A stretch of 64,000 nucleotides of DNA from an uncultured Eubacteriales bacterium (GTDB taxonomy: Bacteria; Bacillota; Clostridia; Christensenellales; CAG-138), in NCBI GenBank assembly GCA_902802805.1, contig CADCNE010000003.1, positions 14,791 to 78,790 of the forward strand, written 5' to 3'. This document shows, piece by piece, positions 18,701 through 26,519 of the stretch. The translations under genes and the position numbers were made by a program. The notes under the pieces are model-generated. The model was not told the origin of the DNA, made no database searches, and saw nothing but the letters and a program-made list of their open reading frames with translations. Each line of letters begins with the position of its first letter. The stretch's first letter is position 1.

Positions 18701-19042
18701 CACCAGGTGGAAGTATCGGTCCACCACCCGGCGGCAGAAGGAGTGGATGGTGGAGATGCTGGCGTTGGGGCATCGGGCGCTCTGGCGATAGAGCCGGGCC
18801 CGCGTGGGCCCCTCGCTGGCGGCGGCCCGCTGCTGCAGGGCCGTCTGGATGCGCTCCTTCATCTGGGCGGCGGCGGCCCGGGTGAAGGTGAGGATCAGGA
18901 GCCGATCGATGTCCATGCCCCCCTCCACCAGGCGGACCACCCGCTCCGTGAGCACAGCGGTCTTGCCCGCGCCGGCGGCGGCGGACACGATCAGATTCCC
19001 CTGTTCCTCAATGGCGCGCTGCTGTTCTCGGGTCCAGTTCAT
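15749..19042 (-). CDS. addA: ATP-dependent helicase/nuclease subunit A
   Basis: 1097 aa. UvrD-type Walker A SAAAGAGKTAVL and a C-terminal RecB-type nuclease (GVIDACF...VLLDYKTD). It follows addB with a 4-nt overlap. Confidence 0.9.
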   Translation of the reverse strand: MNWTREQQRAIEEQGNLIVSAAAGAGKTAVLTERVVRLVEGGMDIDRLLILTFTRAAAAQMKERIQTALQQRAAASEGPTRARLYRQSARCPNASISTIHSFCRRVVDRYFHLVGLSPSAATLDETESAVLRDQATEEALTALATEDAPSYKRLIRAFEREEGVKGALNALTAFLMAQPDPAGWLDQAEENLTSREAFDRGVLVCFDEDKATFEAALEDLIRLRDGYPAAWGKLIANLDETIAHGRGTLLQRTPADYAQALGAVAFSRITYPKDMEEADKKILEKARTRVKDEIKDQLSIYEGEMDRQWRVYLAAAQVLLSLIRLWQRQQAIYDAMKRDRDRIDFNDLEHFCAKILENDEAAQEYRDRFTAIIVDEYQDSTRVQEAILNRIRRPDDLFFVGDVKQSIYGFRMAEPGLFLEKLKTFTGDVGKRIDLNHNFRSSPQVLDAVNRVFEKLMVPGQSPIEYDEKAALRPGMDQPEGGVELHLIEKQPGEDADDGEDMEAAEAEAWFCARRIRELMETELYQEAPDKPPRPYRYGDFAILLRSMNDARTFARTLVLAHIPCYAQLTGGYFESVEVMVLLDLLRVIDNRRQDIPLLSVLRSSVGGFSHEELIELRTRHPKGDLLDCLLAAEKAEPEGKTARFLQDIERWRRESRIVPVEELVSRLLDETELYVEMGAMAGGPQRQANLDALVAKARSYDGTGSFGLHGFLRYMADAESSAKLGASQTAQSDVVRILSVHRSKGLEFPVVFLGELNRKFSREGERAPLLLHRELGMGLAFVDGDGVKRDPLFRRAVKLLSRRQQMEEEMRVLYVAMTRAKRRLILVGTAKNARETLDRPPTLTPYAVRGAGSYLDWLLMTARDSLPTVVHPREEFAFHGEMARQPLPPADPVLIKALARRYAYEYPFARAAGVPNKTSVTALADRHTLTFAEPAFLEAESALSRGTDVHELLRRLPLKPLTGEALDGYLTERNGTAYRANLGYFIGTDLFARMCTSPRVYRELPFTLAMDTGELLGVPSEERVLLQGVIDACFREGDGFVLLDYKTDRVEGDPTAWAERHRRQVELYAKALETLTGRPVTEKYVVFLNGRACVKL

Positions 19043-22000
19043 TTCAGTCTCTCCGCTATTTCCAAAAGCTCCGCTATAGTCATCTTCCCGGCGTCCCGCT
19101 CATAGCAGCCCTTCTGCTGCCTGTCGAACCGGCATACGGACCGGTAGGGGCACCATTTGCAGGCGTCCTTGTAGGGCGTGACCGCCGCCTCGCCCCGGCC
19201 CATGTGCTCCACGGTCTGCTCCGCCACGGCCACGGCCTCCCGGGTGAGGAGAGCCATGTCCTCCGGGCGGCACACGTTCCCGCTGAGGGCCCCGTCCTTG
19301 TTCCGGCGAAGGCCCTGGACCAGCTGGGACCTGCCGTCGAGGCCCCGTTCGAGGGCCGATACGGCCGCCTCGCTCCCGGCGGTGACGCCCCTAAGCACGT
19401 GGCTCTTCTCCTCCCCCTCCCTGGGGGCGGGCAGGGACAGGGGCATATAGTACATGCCGCCCATCTCCCCATCGAGACCCTCCACGGCGGCGAGATACAA
19501 AGGCAGCTGCAAACTCAGGCCCGCGGCGATCTTGGCGGGCTCGAACTTCCGATCCCCCATCTTGTAGTCGATGACCCGGTAGAAGCCGTCGGGGCTCCTA
19601 TCCACCCGGTCGATGCGGCCATAGAGCTGCACCGTCCGCCCGTCGTCGGAGTGGAGGGTGAGGGGTGGGAAGGGGGAATCGGGCCCGAAGGCCAGCTCTG
19701 TTTCATAAGGGCGATAGCTGCCCAGCCGCATCTGCTTTACGATGGACCGGGCGCACTGCTTCACGGACTCCACCCTGAGGAACAGGGCCTCCCTGAGGCG
19801 CACGTCCCGGAGGAAGATGCCGTCGTTGTGGGTCTTGATGAGGGGGGGCATGACCTCATCCACAAGGGCGTCCGCGTCTTCGTCCGTGAGGGCGGTCCAG
19901 GAGAGGCCTTTCTCCTTCACCAGCTTCAAAAAGGCGTCCAGGGCGTCGTGGAGGAAGGTGCCCGCGTCGGCGGCCTCCTCCTTGCTCTCGGGGCGCTCCT
20001 TGGCGCGGAGGCCGTATTTCAGATAGTGGGCGAAGGGGCAGCGGTTGAACTGCTCCAGCCGGCTGGCGCTCATGTTGGGCGCGGCCCCGTACATGCGCTC
20101 CGCCAGGGCTCTGCCGAAGGGGGCGGGGGAGATGCCCCCCGTGATGGCGGCCTCCACCCGCTGGAGCCGGGGGCCGTACACGTCGTCCTCGGCGAAGAAG
20201 GCCCGCTGGGCGGGGAGCTGGTCGCTGACGATCCCCTCCCGCTCGTAGAGGGCCAGCTCCCGGACCAGCCGCCGAAAGCCCCCCTCCCGATCCGGGGGAT
20301 AGGCGCTCTCGCCCCGGCTGTCCAGGGCCTTCACCTGGGGGAACAGCCGGCCGATTCGGCCCAAAAGGGGCGCGGGGGACTGTTCCTCCCCGTCGGCGGT
20401 GAAGGGGTAGCTGAAATAGATCTTTTGCTGGGCCTTGTTGAAGGCGGTGTAGAGCTCCAAGCGCTCCATCTCGGTCAGGGCCTCGGTGCCGTTCCAGAGC
20501 TCCAGGCCGTTTTCTTCGAGGAGCTCCAGCTCCCCGTCGGAGATGAGCTCGTCGTCGGTCCGTATAGGGGGCAGCAGCCCCTCGCTGCAGCCCAGGACGA
20601 ACACCACCGGCACCGCCGGGGTCCGGGTGCGGACGAAGTCTCCCAAAATGACCTGGTCCGCCGTGCCGGGGAGCACCCCCATGGTGGAGGAGAGGGCCCC
20701 CTCCTCGAGGAGGGACAAAAAGGCCTTTTGGCTCAGGGGGTCCTTGCCCCAGATGGCGGCGATGTCCGAAAGGAGCCCGCTCAAAATCGTATAGACCTGG
20801 CTGAACAGTTCCCCGTCGTTGGGGCGGCCGTCGGCGATGAGGCCCTCGCCCTCTGTCCGCAGCCTGTCCCTGAGGCCTGTTTCCTCCATGTATTCGTAGA
20901 CCGCCCGGGCCTTCTCCTCGCCGGTGGTGCCCCGGCCGCAGCGCTCCTGCAGACGGGCGAGGGGCGGGTAGAGGGCGGCGCGGACCCGCTCCGCTTCCTC
21001 CGGCACCTCCCCGAAGGTGAAGGGCTTCGCGAGGCTGCTGCCGAAGAGGCCATAGCGGAGCACGTAGTTTTCGAAGATCTCCCCCTCGTCCACGGTGCAG
21101 GGGGCGTAGCCGCTTTTGACCATGTGCAGGGCGTCCTCCATGCCGTGGGACTCCACGAAGCGAACGGCGGAGAGGACCGTGTCCATGGCGCTGTGGCCCG
21201 TGACGGGCCGGGTGGCGTCGTAAAACAGCGGGATGCGCTTGCGGGCGAAGGCCCGGCGGACCCGGGACACGTACCCGCCCCCGTCGGTGACCATCACCGC
21301 CATGTCCCGATACCGGTACCCCCGGCGGACCAGCTCCAGCACCTCCCGGGCGCAGCGCTCCGCCTCCTCCTCCCGGTCCGCCGAGGCCCACAGGACCAAA
21401 GCGGGGGCCGGGCCGGGGAAAGCTTCCTCGTCCTGGGCAAAGAGGTGTCTTTCGAGATGCTTCAGCTCCGCGGGCCGGGGCTTATCTTTGTAGCAGCCCT
21501 CGGTGAAGAAGGGGCTGCCCGCGGCCTGGGCTACCTGCTGCAATTTATAATAGGTGCGGATATCGGGAGCGAAGAGGTCGGCGTCCCGGCCGTCCGGGTC
21601 CATCCGCAGCGTCACCGTCACGGACTTGCAAACTTTAAGGAGCCGCCCGATGAGCCGGAACAGCTGCCGGCTGGGGATGTCGATGCCGTCCACGTACAGG
21701 TCCGTCCCCGTGAGGAAGGCCCCCTCCAGCACCGCCCCGGCCCGGTCCCAGAGGTCGCTTTCGGTGAGATACCGGTCCTTCAAAAAGGCTTCGCCGGCCC
21801 CGTAGAGGAGGGCGATGTCCGCCATCTTCCGCCTGAGCTGGCTCCCCTCGGGGAGCTTTTCGGCCGTGCGGATCAGGTCCTCCGGCCCGGCCTCGCTCTG
21901 CTTGCAGCGGGTGATGATCTCGTCCATCCGCTGCACAAAGCCCCGGCTGTCCGCCACCCGGCCGAAGAGAGTGAGTTCGTTCCTATGGTCGAGGGCCGCT

Positions 22001-22281
22001 TTCCTGAGGATCATCCGCCGCCCGGAGCCCCCGACGACGGGGAGGCCGCTCCCCCGCTCCTGCAAAACCCGCTCGCAGAGCCGGGAGAAGGACAAGACCT
22101 GGACCCCCAGGAGCCCGCCCAGCCGATTGCACAGGGCCTTTTCCGCCTCGAAGGTGTACTGCTCCGCCACGACGAGGGTGGCCCGCTCCCCCTTTTGGGC
22201 GTGGACAATCAGCCGGTCGTAGAGGCGGGTAGATTTGCCGCTGCCGGACCGGCCCATCCAGACGGTGAGGGGCGCGCCCAT
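19039..22281 (-). CDS. addB: ATP-dependent helicase/deoxyribonuclease subunit B
   Basis: 1080 aa. Walker A GRSGSGKS, a C-terminal nuclease (GRIDRVD...VIDYKMG) and Fe-S cysteines including CKWCPYRSVC. Confidence 0.9.
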   Translation of the reverse strand: MGAPLTVWMGRSGSGKSTRLYDRLIVHAQKGERATLVVAEQYTFEAEKALCNRLGGLLGVQVLSFSRLCERVLQERGSGLPVVGGSGRRMILRKAALDHRNELTLFGRVADSRGFVQRMDEIITRCKQSEAGPEDLIRTAEKLPEGSQLRRKMADIALLYGAGEAFLKDRYLTESDLWDRAGAVLEGAFLTGTDLYVDGIDIPSRQLFRLIGRLLKVCKSVTVTLRMDPDGRDADLFAPDIRTYYKLQQVAQAAGSPFFTEGCYKDKPRPAELKHLERHLFAQDEEAFPGPAPALVLWASADREEEAERCAREVLELVRRGYRYRDMAVMVTDGGGYVSRVRRAFARKRIPLFYDATRPVTGHSAMDTVLSAVRFVESHGMEDALHMVKSGYAPCTVDEGEIFENYVLRYGLFGSSLAKPFTFGEVPEEAERVRAALYPPLARLQERCGRGTTGEEKARAVYEYMEETGLRDRLRTEGEGLIADGRPNDGELFSQVYTILSGLLSDIAAIWGKDPLSQKAFLSLLEEGALSSTMGVLPGTADQVILGDFVRTRTPAVPVVFVLGCSEGLLPPIRTDDELISDGELELLEENGLELWNGTEALTEMERLELYTAFNKAQQKIYFSYPFTADGEEQSPAPLLGRIGRLFPQVKALDSRGESAYPPDREGGFRRLVRELALYEREGIVSDQLPAQRAFFAEDDVYGPRLQRVEAAITGGISPAPFGRALAERMYGAAPNMSASRLEQFNRCPFAHYLKYGLRAKERPESKEEAADAGTFLHDALDAFLKLVKEKGLSWTALTDEDADALVDEVMPPLIKTHNDGIFLRDVRLREALFLRVESVKQCARSIVKQMRLGSYRPYETELAFGPDSPFPPLTLHSDDGRTVQLYGRIDRVDRSPDGFYRVIDYKMGDRKFEPAKIAAGLSLQLPLYLAAVEGLDGEMGGMYYMPLSLPAPREGEEKSHVLRGVTAGSEAAVSALERGLDGRSQLVQGLRRNKDGALSGNVCRPEDMALLTREAVAVAEQTVEHMGRGEAAVTPYKDACKWCPYRSVCRFDRQQKGCYERDAGKMTIAELLEIAERLK

Positions 22282-22805
22282 CAGAACCGGGCGGTGTGCA
22301 CGCTGGTGTACACCATCCTGCCTTTCTCGTTGGCGCTTTCATATAACACGATGGAATTGACCCGGAAGCTGACGTTCTCGGGCGGGACCAGGTGTGAGAT
22401 ATCCCCGTGCTCCACGGCCCGGCCCAGGGTCACGTGGGGCACCAGCCGCCCCTTGCCCTTGCAGAAGCCCCGCTCCCAGAGGCTCGTTTCCAGCATCTCG
22501 TGGATGCGGTAGAGCTCCTCGAGGTCGCCCTCCGCCTTCAGAAAGCTGGTCCGGGCGCCGCCGTGGTCGAACCAGCCGTAGCCCCCCAGCTTCAGGGTAA
22601 AGGGGCGGGCGTCCGCCACCGCCTGGTCCATGGCGAAGGCGATGTCGGCTAAATCGTTGCTCTCCCCGATGAACCGCAGCGTCACGTGGTGGTTCCCCTG
22701 GGGCACGAACCGGCCCCCGGTGGAGCATTCCCTCAGCGCCTGCTCGAAGGCGAACACCTTCCTCTGCACGTCCCGGGGCAGCGGCACGGCGATGAACAGT
22801 CTCAT
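22281..22805 (-). CDS. thpR: RNA 2',3'-cyclic phosphodiesterase (2H family, LigT/ThpR)
   Basis: Two HxTx motifs (HHVTLRF and PHVTLGR); 174 aa. Its stop overlaps the addB start by 1 nt (TGATG). Confidence 0.85.
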   Translation of the reverse strand: MRLFIAVPLPRDVQRKVFAFEQALRECSTGGRFVPQGNHHVTLRFIGESNDLADIAFAMDQAVADARPFTLKLGGYGWFDHGGARTSFLKAEGDLEELYRIHEMLETSLWERGFCKGKGRLVPHVTLGRAVEHGDISHLVPPENVSFRVNSIVLYESANEKGRMVYTSVHTARF

Positions 22806-22903
22806 TTACACAATCCCCCATTTTCTGATACTGTTATTTTACCTGTTTTTCGTCTGCTTGTACAGGGCTTTTGCAGGGACAGCCAAAAAGGGGTATGATA
22901 CAG

Positions 22904-22930
22904 GGAACCTTTTCATGCCCTCGTGCGTCT
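22904..22930 (+). promoter_or_regulatory. ECF-type promoter GGAAC-17 nt-CGTCT upstream of the ECF sigma gene (autoregulation likely)
   Basis: GGAAC at 22904-22908 and CGTCT at 22926-22930, about 45 nt upstream of the ATG at 22977. Confidence 0.55.
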
Positions 22931-22976
22931 TTAGGGTAGAATGATCATTCGAGACGAAACGAAGAGAGGACGGAAC

Positions 22977-23468
22977 ATGATCTCAAGAGATGCCTTTGCC
23001 CAGGAGGTGCGCAGCCTCACCGACACGGCCTTCGCGGTGGCCTACCTCATACTGGGGAACCGGGCCGACTGCGAGGACGCCATGAGCGAAGCGATCCTCC
23101 GGGCCTACGAGCACCGGGACCGGCTGAAGAAGCGGGAGAGCTTTCGGGCCTGGTTTTTGCGGATACTGCGCAACGAAGCCTACGACACCCTGCGCAAACG
23201 GCGGCGGCTGACCCCCGTGGAGGAGCTGCCCGAGGGCCCGGCCCCGGAAAACGACAGCGCGGGGCGGCTGGACCTGAAAGCGGCCCTCGCCAGGCTCACC
23301 GAGGACCAGCGGACGAGTCTGCTCCTCCAACAGGAGGGCTACGCCCTGGAGGAGATAGCCGAAGCCCTGGACGTGCCCGTGGGGACGGTGAAATCCCGCC
23401 TCTCCCGGGCGAAGAACACCCTGAGGACGATCTTGGAGGACGATCACAATGGAAAAGAAGCAATATAA
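22977..23468 (+). CDS. RNA polymerase ECF-subfamily sigma factor
   Basis: Region 2 (AILRAYEHRDRLKKRESFRAWFLRILRNEAYD) and region 4 HTH (GYALEEIAEALDVPVGTVKSRLSRAK). An in-frame upstream ATG at 22941 is an alternative start. Confidence 0.85.
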   Translation: MISRDAFAQEVRSLTDTAFAVAYLILGNRADCEDAMSEAILRAYEHRDRLKKRESFRAWFLRILRNEAYDTLRKRRRLTPVEELPEGPAPENDSAGRLDLKAALARLTEDQRTSLLLQQEGYALEEIAEALDVPVGTVKSRLSRAKNTLRTILEDDHNGKEAI

Positions 23469-24840
23469 CGTGCGGGACACCATTCCCGATACGCCGGAAT
23501 CATTCTATGACACGGTGGAACGGAGCCTCGAAAGCTGCCGGGAGCCCAAGCGGGAGCGGAGCTGGGGCGGCCTCCGGCTCAACCGGCGGCTGCTGATCCC
23601 CTTAGTGGCGGCCCTGGTGCTGCTCCTCGCCGGGACGGCGGTGGCCGCGGGCATGTGGCTGAGGGACAATTACTCCCCCACCAGCTACATGGAGACCGCC
23701 AGGGAGAAGCGGGAGGAGCAGGGCAAGACCATCTCCGACGTGGAGCAGGCCATCGAGTCCGCCGCGCCAAAGACGGGGGACTATTCCTTCGTCATGCTGC
23801 CGGAATTCGAGGACGCCCAGGTGCTGGACGATTTTCGGGTGCAGCAGGGCCAGCCCAGGTACAATGAGGCGGACTGGGCCTGGGTCAGGGACATCGTGCC
23901 CCAGGTGGAGGAGGTGCTGATCGACGGCCGGACGCTGGCCTTCAACATCCGCCTCAATACCGACCACGCCCAGGCCTTCCGGTGGCCGGACGTGGAGGGC
24001 CAGTGGGTGGACGCCCTGGTGGACAACATGAGCTTCCGCAAGGAGGGGGACAGCATGACCTATCCCCTCTGGTCAAGCGGCGGGGGCGTCAACCCCGAGA
24101 TGGGCACCGACAGCTGGGCCACCCTGTACACCGACGCGATATTGGACCAGCAGGACGTGAGCTTCCCCACAGAGGGCCGGGTGGAGCTGACGGTCGAGAT
24201 CGGCTTGCGGGACGCCCGAGTGGACGATCTTGCGCCCATCGGGAACGTGGCGAAGCTCTACTACACCTTCTCCTTCGACGCGGCGGCGGGCACGGAGGTG
24301 GCCCCGGCCGTGGTCACGGAGCGGCAACTGTCGGGGAGCGTGGTGCTGACCGTGGACGACTGGGGCGATCCCGCCAAGCCCAGGATGTACAACAAGCGGG
24401 TGAGCCTGGACGGCGTGGCCCTCAAGGAGGAGGTCCGCTACCGGCAGACCGGCGTCTACGTGACCTACACCGTGGAGAGCGCCCCCGAGGGCTGGACCGA
24501 GCCCCTGACCAGCGCCATCCTCTACCCCAACCGGGAGGGCAAGTGGCACGGCCTGTACATGGAGTACCGGATCGGTCCGGAGGGCGAATGGCTCCCGGTG
24601 GGCCATGAGAACTGGGGCAAATTCGGCGAGAACACGGTGATCCTGCCCATCTTCCCCTCGGAGTACGGGAAGGCGAAGGCGGAGGGCGTTACCCTGCGGC
24701 TCACCGAGTACTACGGCACCGCCCTCAACGGCACGCCCATCGGCGAGGACTGGACCATGGACATCCCCGCCGGGGCCATGACGTTGGACTTCGAGCTGGC
24801 AAGTCAGGAGATCGGAACGTTCGAGCTGCCGATGCCGTAA
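23449..24840 (+). CDS. putative anti-sigma factor: single-pass membrane protein with a large extracytoplasmic domain
   Basis: It overlaps the sigma gene by 20 nt. A short cytoplasmic N-terminus is followed by a TM helix (LLIPLVAALVLLLAGTAVAAGMW) and about 390 aa outside the membrane. Confidence 0.65.
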   Translation: MEKKQYNVRDTIPDTPESFYDTVERSLESCREPKRERSWGGLRLNRRLLIPLVAALVLLLAGTAVAAGMWLRDNYSPTSYMETAREKREEQGKTISDVEQAIESAAPKTGDYSFVMLPEFEDAQVLDDFRVQQGQPRYNEADWAWVRDIVPQVEEVLIDGRTLAFNIRLNTDHAQAFRWPDVEGQWVDALVDNMSFRKEGDSMTYPLWSSGGGVNPEMGTDSWATLYTDAILDQQDVSFPTEGRVELTVEIGLRDARVDDLAPIGNVAKLYYTFSFDAAAGTEVAPAVVTERQLSGSVVLTVDDWGDPAKPRMYNKRVSLDGVALKEEVRYRQTGVYVTYTVESAPEGWTEPLTSAILYPNREGKWHGLYMEYRIGPEGEWLPVGHENWGKFGENTVILPIFPSEYGKAKAEGVTLRLTEYYGTALNGTPIGEDWTMDIPAGAMTLDFELASQEIGTFELPMP

Positions 24841-24853
24841 GGGGTATACTGGA

Positions 24854-25181
24854 GCGACCCCCCGCCAACGGCGGAGGGTCGCGAGAAATCATGACCGAAG
24901 GTCAAATCATGGGGCTGTTGAGAAAGACTCACGTGTCATCCTGAGGAGCGAAGCGACGAAGGATCTCAGAACGAAAAAGATTTATATAATGGTGTTTTTT
25001 CACACTTTCGTTCAGAGATTCTTCGCCTTCGGCTCAGAATGACAGGCTTTCTTAACAGCCCCAAATCATGCCGCAAGGCAAATCATGATGATTTGGGCTT
25101 ACGCCCATGAATTGTGTCTTGGCGACACATGAATTGACGACGCCATGCTCTGGCGTCGTCATGATTTGCGCCTAAGGGCGC
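24854..25181. repeat. mosaic array of intergenic hairpins, including a ~150-nt imperfect palindrome and heptamer-bracketed mini-hairpins
   Basis: Long inverted-repeat arms at 24911-24976 and 25006-25062. ATGA(A/T)TT heptamers at 25088, 25107, 25129 and 25161 alternate with GC-clamp hairpins at 25095-25106, 25114-25128, 25136-25160 and 25168-25181. Confidence 0.85.
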
Positions 25182-25182
25182 A

Positions 25183-26139
25183 TCAGTTTGTGAACCACTC
25201 CGGATACACCTCCCGATAGGGGTTCTCCCTGTCGGGGTCCGTGGGGTCCCACCCAAGGGTGTGGTCGGCGTTCATGTAGGGCTCCTCGTAGATGAGGGCT
25301 GGGGGTTCGGGCGGCGTGGGCCCGGCGTCCGTCACCACCTGGACCTTGGTGCCCCTATCGCAGTTCTTGTAGATCCAGTAGGCGTCCCCCACCAGCAGGC
25401 GCACGCAGCCGTGGGAGGCGGGCTGCCCCAGCTTCTCGTACTCCTCGATCAGCATCTGCTTCTTGCCGTACTTCTGATACCGCCTGTTCGAATCGCCGCC
25501 GATGGGCACCGTGTGAAAGAGGTAGTGGCCCCTAAAGCGGCAGGCGTACTGGGCGTAGACCATGATGCCGTTCATGCGGGTCATGGCCTTGTAGGCGTAT
25601 TTGCTGTAGATGTAGTGCATGCCGAGGGGCGTCTGGTGCACCGCGTCCGAACAGGAGCAGATCATGACCCGCTCCACCTCCCAGTCCCCGTCCCGGGCGA
25701 TGAAGCAGACCACGCTTTCACTGCCCATGTACACCGTGAGCCACCGGTCCCCGTCCTGCTTGGGCCGCTGTTCGGGGGCGTAGGGGCTGACGAGAAAATC
25801 CGCCATGGGCAGGGGCTCCGCGCCGCAGGGCACCGTGCCGTCCTCCCCGCAGGCGTAGAAGGCACCGTCGTCCTCCGGGCCGAAGCTTCCGAAGACCACG
25901 TACTGGCCCGTCCGCTTGTCATAGTACCGGTCCCGGTCCGTGGGAAGCAGCGACCGCCTGAGCCTGAGAAACGGCACCGGCGTGGCCGCCTGGAAGACAG
26001 GCGTATCCGTGGGGGTCGGCGTAGGCGCGGGTGTTGAGGCAGGCGCGGGTGTCTCCTCCGCTTGAGCCGACTGGCAGAACAGGCATAGACAGAGAAGCAA
26101 CAGCAAAGTGATGTAGATTGTTTTGCGGAAGAAACTCAT
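25183..26139 (-). CDS. L,D-transpeptidase (YkuD family), secreted
   Basis: Signal peptide MSFFRKTIYITLLLLLCLCLFCQSAQA, a PT-rich linker and the catalytic motif SHGCVRL. Confidence 0.85.
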   Translation of the reverse strand: MSFFRKTIYITLLLLLCLCLFCQSAQAEETPAPASTPAPTPTPTDTPVFQAATPVPFLRLRRSLLPTDRDRYYDKRTGQYVVFGSFGPEDDGAFYACGEDGTVPCGAEPLPMADFLVSPYAPEQRPKQDGDRWLTVYMGSESVVCFIARDGDWEVERVMICSCSDAVHQTPLGMHYIYSKYAYKAMTRMNGIMVYAQYACRFRGHYLFHTVPIGGDSNRRYQKYGKKQMLIEEYEKLGQPASHGCVRLLVGDAYWIYKNCDRGTKVQVVTDAGPTPPEPPALIYEEPYMNADHTLGWDPTDPDRENPYREVYPEWFTN

Positions 26140-26200
26140 CCCTACAGTTTAGAACAAAAAACGCTTGCTTATGCAGCAAGCGCTTTTTTGTCAAAAAGGT

Positions 26201-26371
26201 TTACTCTGCCTTGGGGGCTCCCACAGGGCAGACATTGGCGCAGTTGCCGCACTCGATGCAGGCGTCGGCGTCGATGACGAAGATGCCGTCACCCTCGGTG
26301 ATGGCTTCCACGGGGCACTCACTGGCGCAGGTGCCGCAGGCGATGCACTCATCGGTGATCTTGTATGCCAT
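26201..26371 (-). CDS. 2x[4Fe-4S] ferredoxin, 56 aa
   Basis: MAYKITDECIACGTCASECP...CIECGNCANVCP with GGAGG-type RBS (minus strand aaggaggtaatcagt) before ATG 26371. The longer track ORF (to 26866) is an in-frame upstream extension without coding signal. Confidence 0.85.
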   Translation of the reverse strand: MAYKITDECIACGTCASECPVEAITEGDGIFVIDADACIECGNCANVCPVGAPKAE

Positions 26372-26519
26372 ACTGATTACCTCCTTACAGATTTTCAATT
26401 CATTATACCATACGCCGACCAAAATGCAATGGGCAGTTTTAGGGCGAAACTGTGAATAAGTCGAAAAAGGAAGAAGGCGGTCTTTCTTTGGGACAGGTCT
26501 TTTTTTCGACAGAGGGGCG

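Noticed and set aside
19204-22512. 1102-aa ORF on the plus strand, and similar very long ORFs at 2205-3743(-), 9258-11093(+), 30159-31709(-), 57215-59263(-) and 60837-62225(-).
   Set aside because: All lie antisense to genes with clear motif-supported products (addB, murA, the LRR protein, DUF885, the transglutaminase-like protein, the Na/Pi transporter). Their translations are Gly/Arg/Pro/Ala/His-rich with no motifs. This is typical of stop-codon-poor antisense frames in GC-rich DNA.
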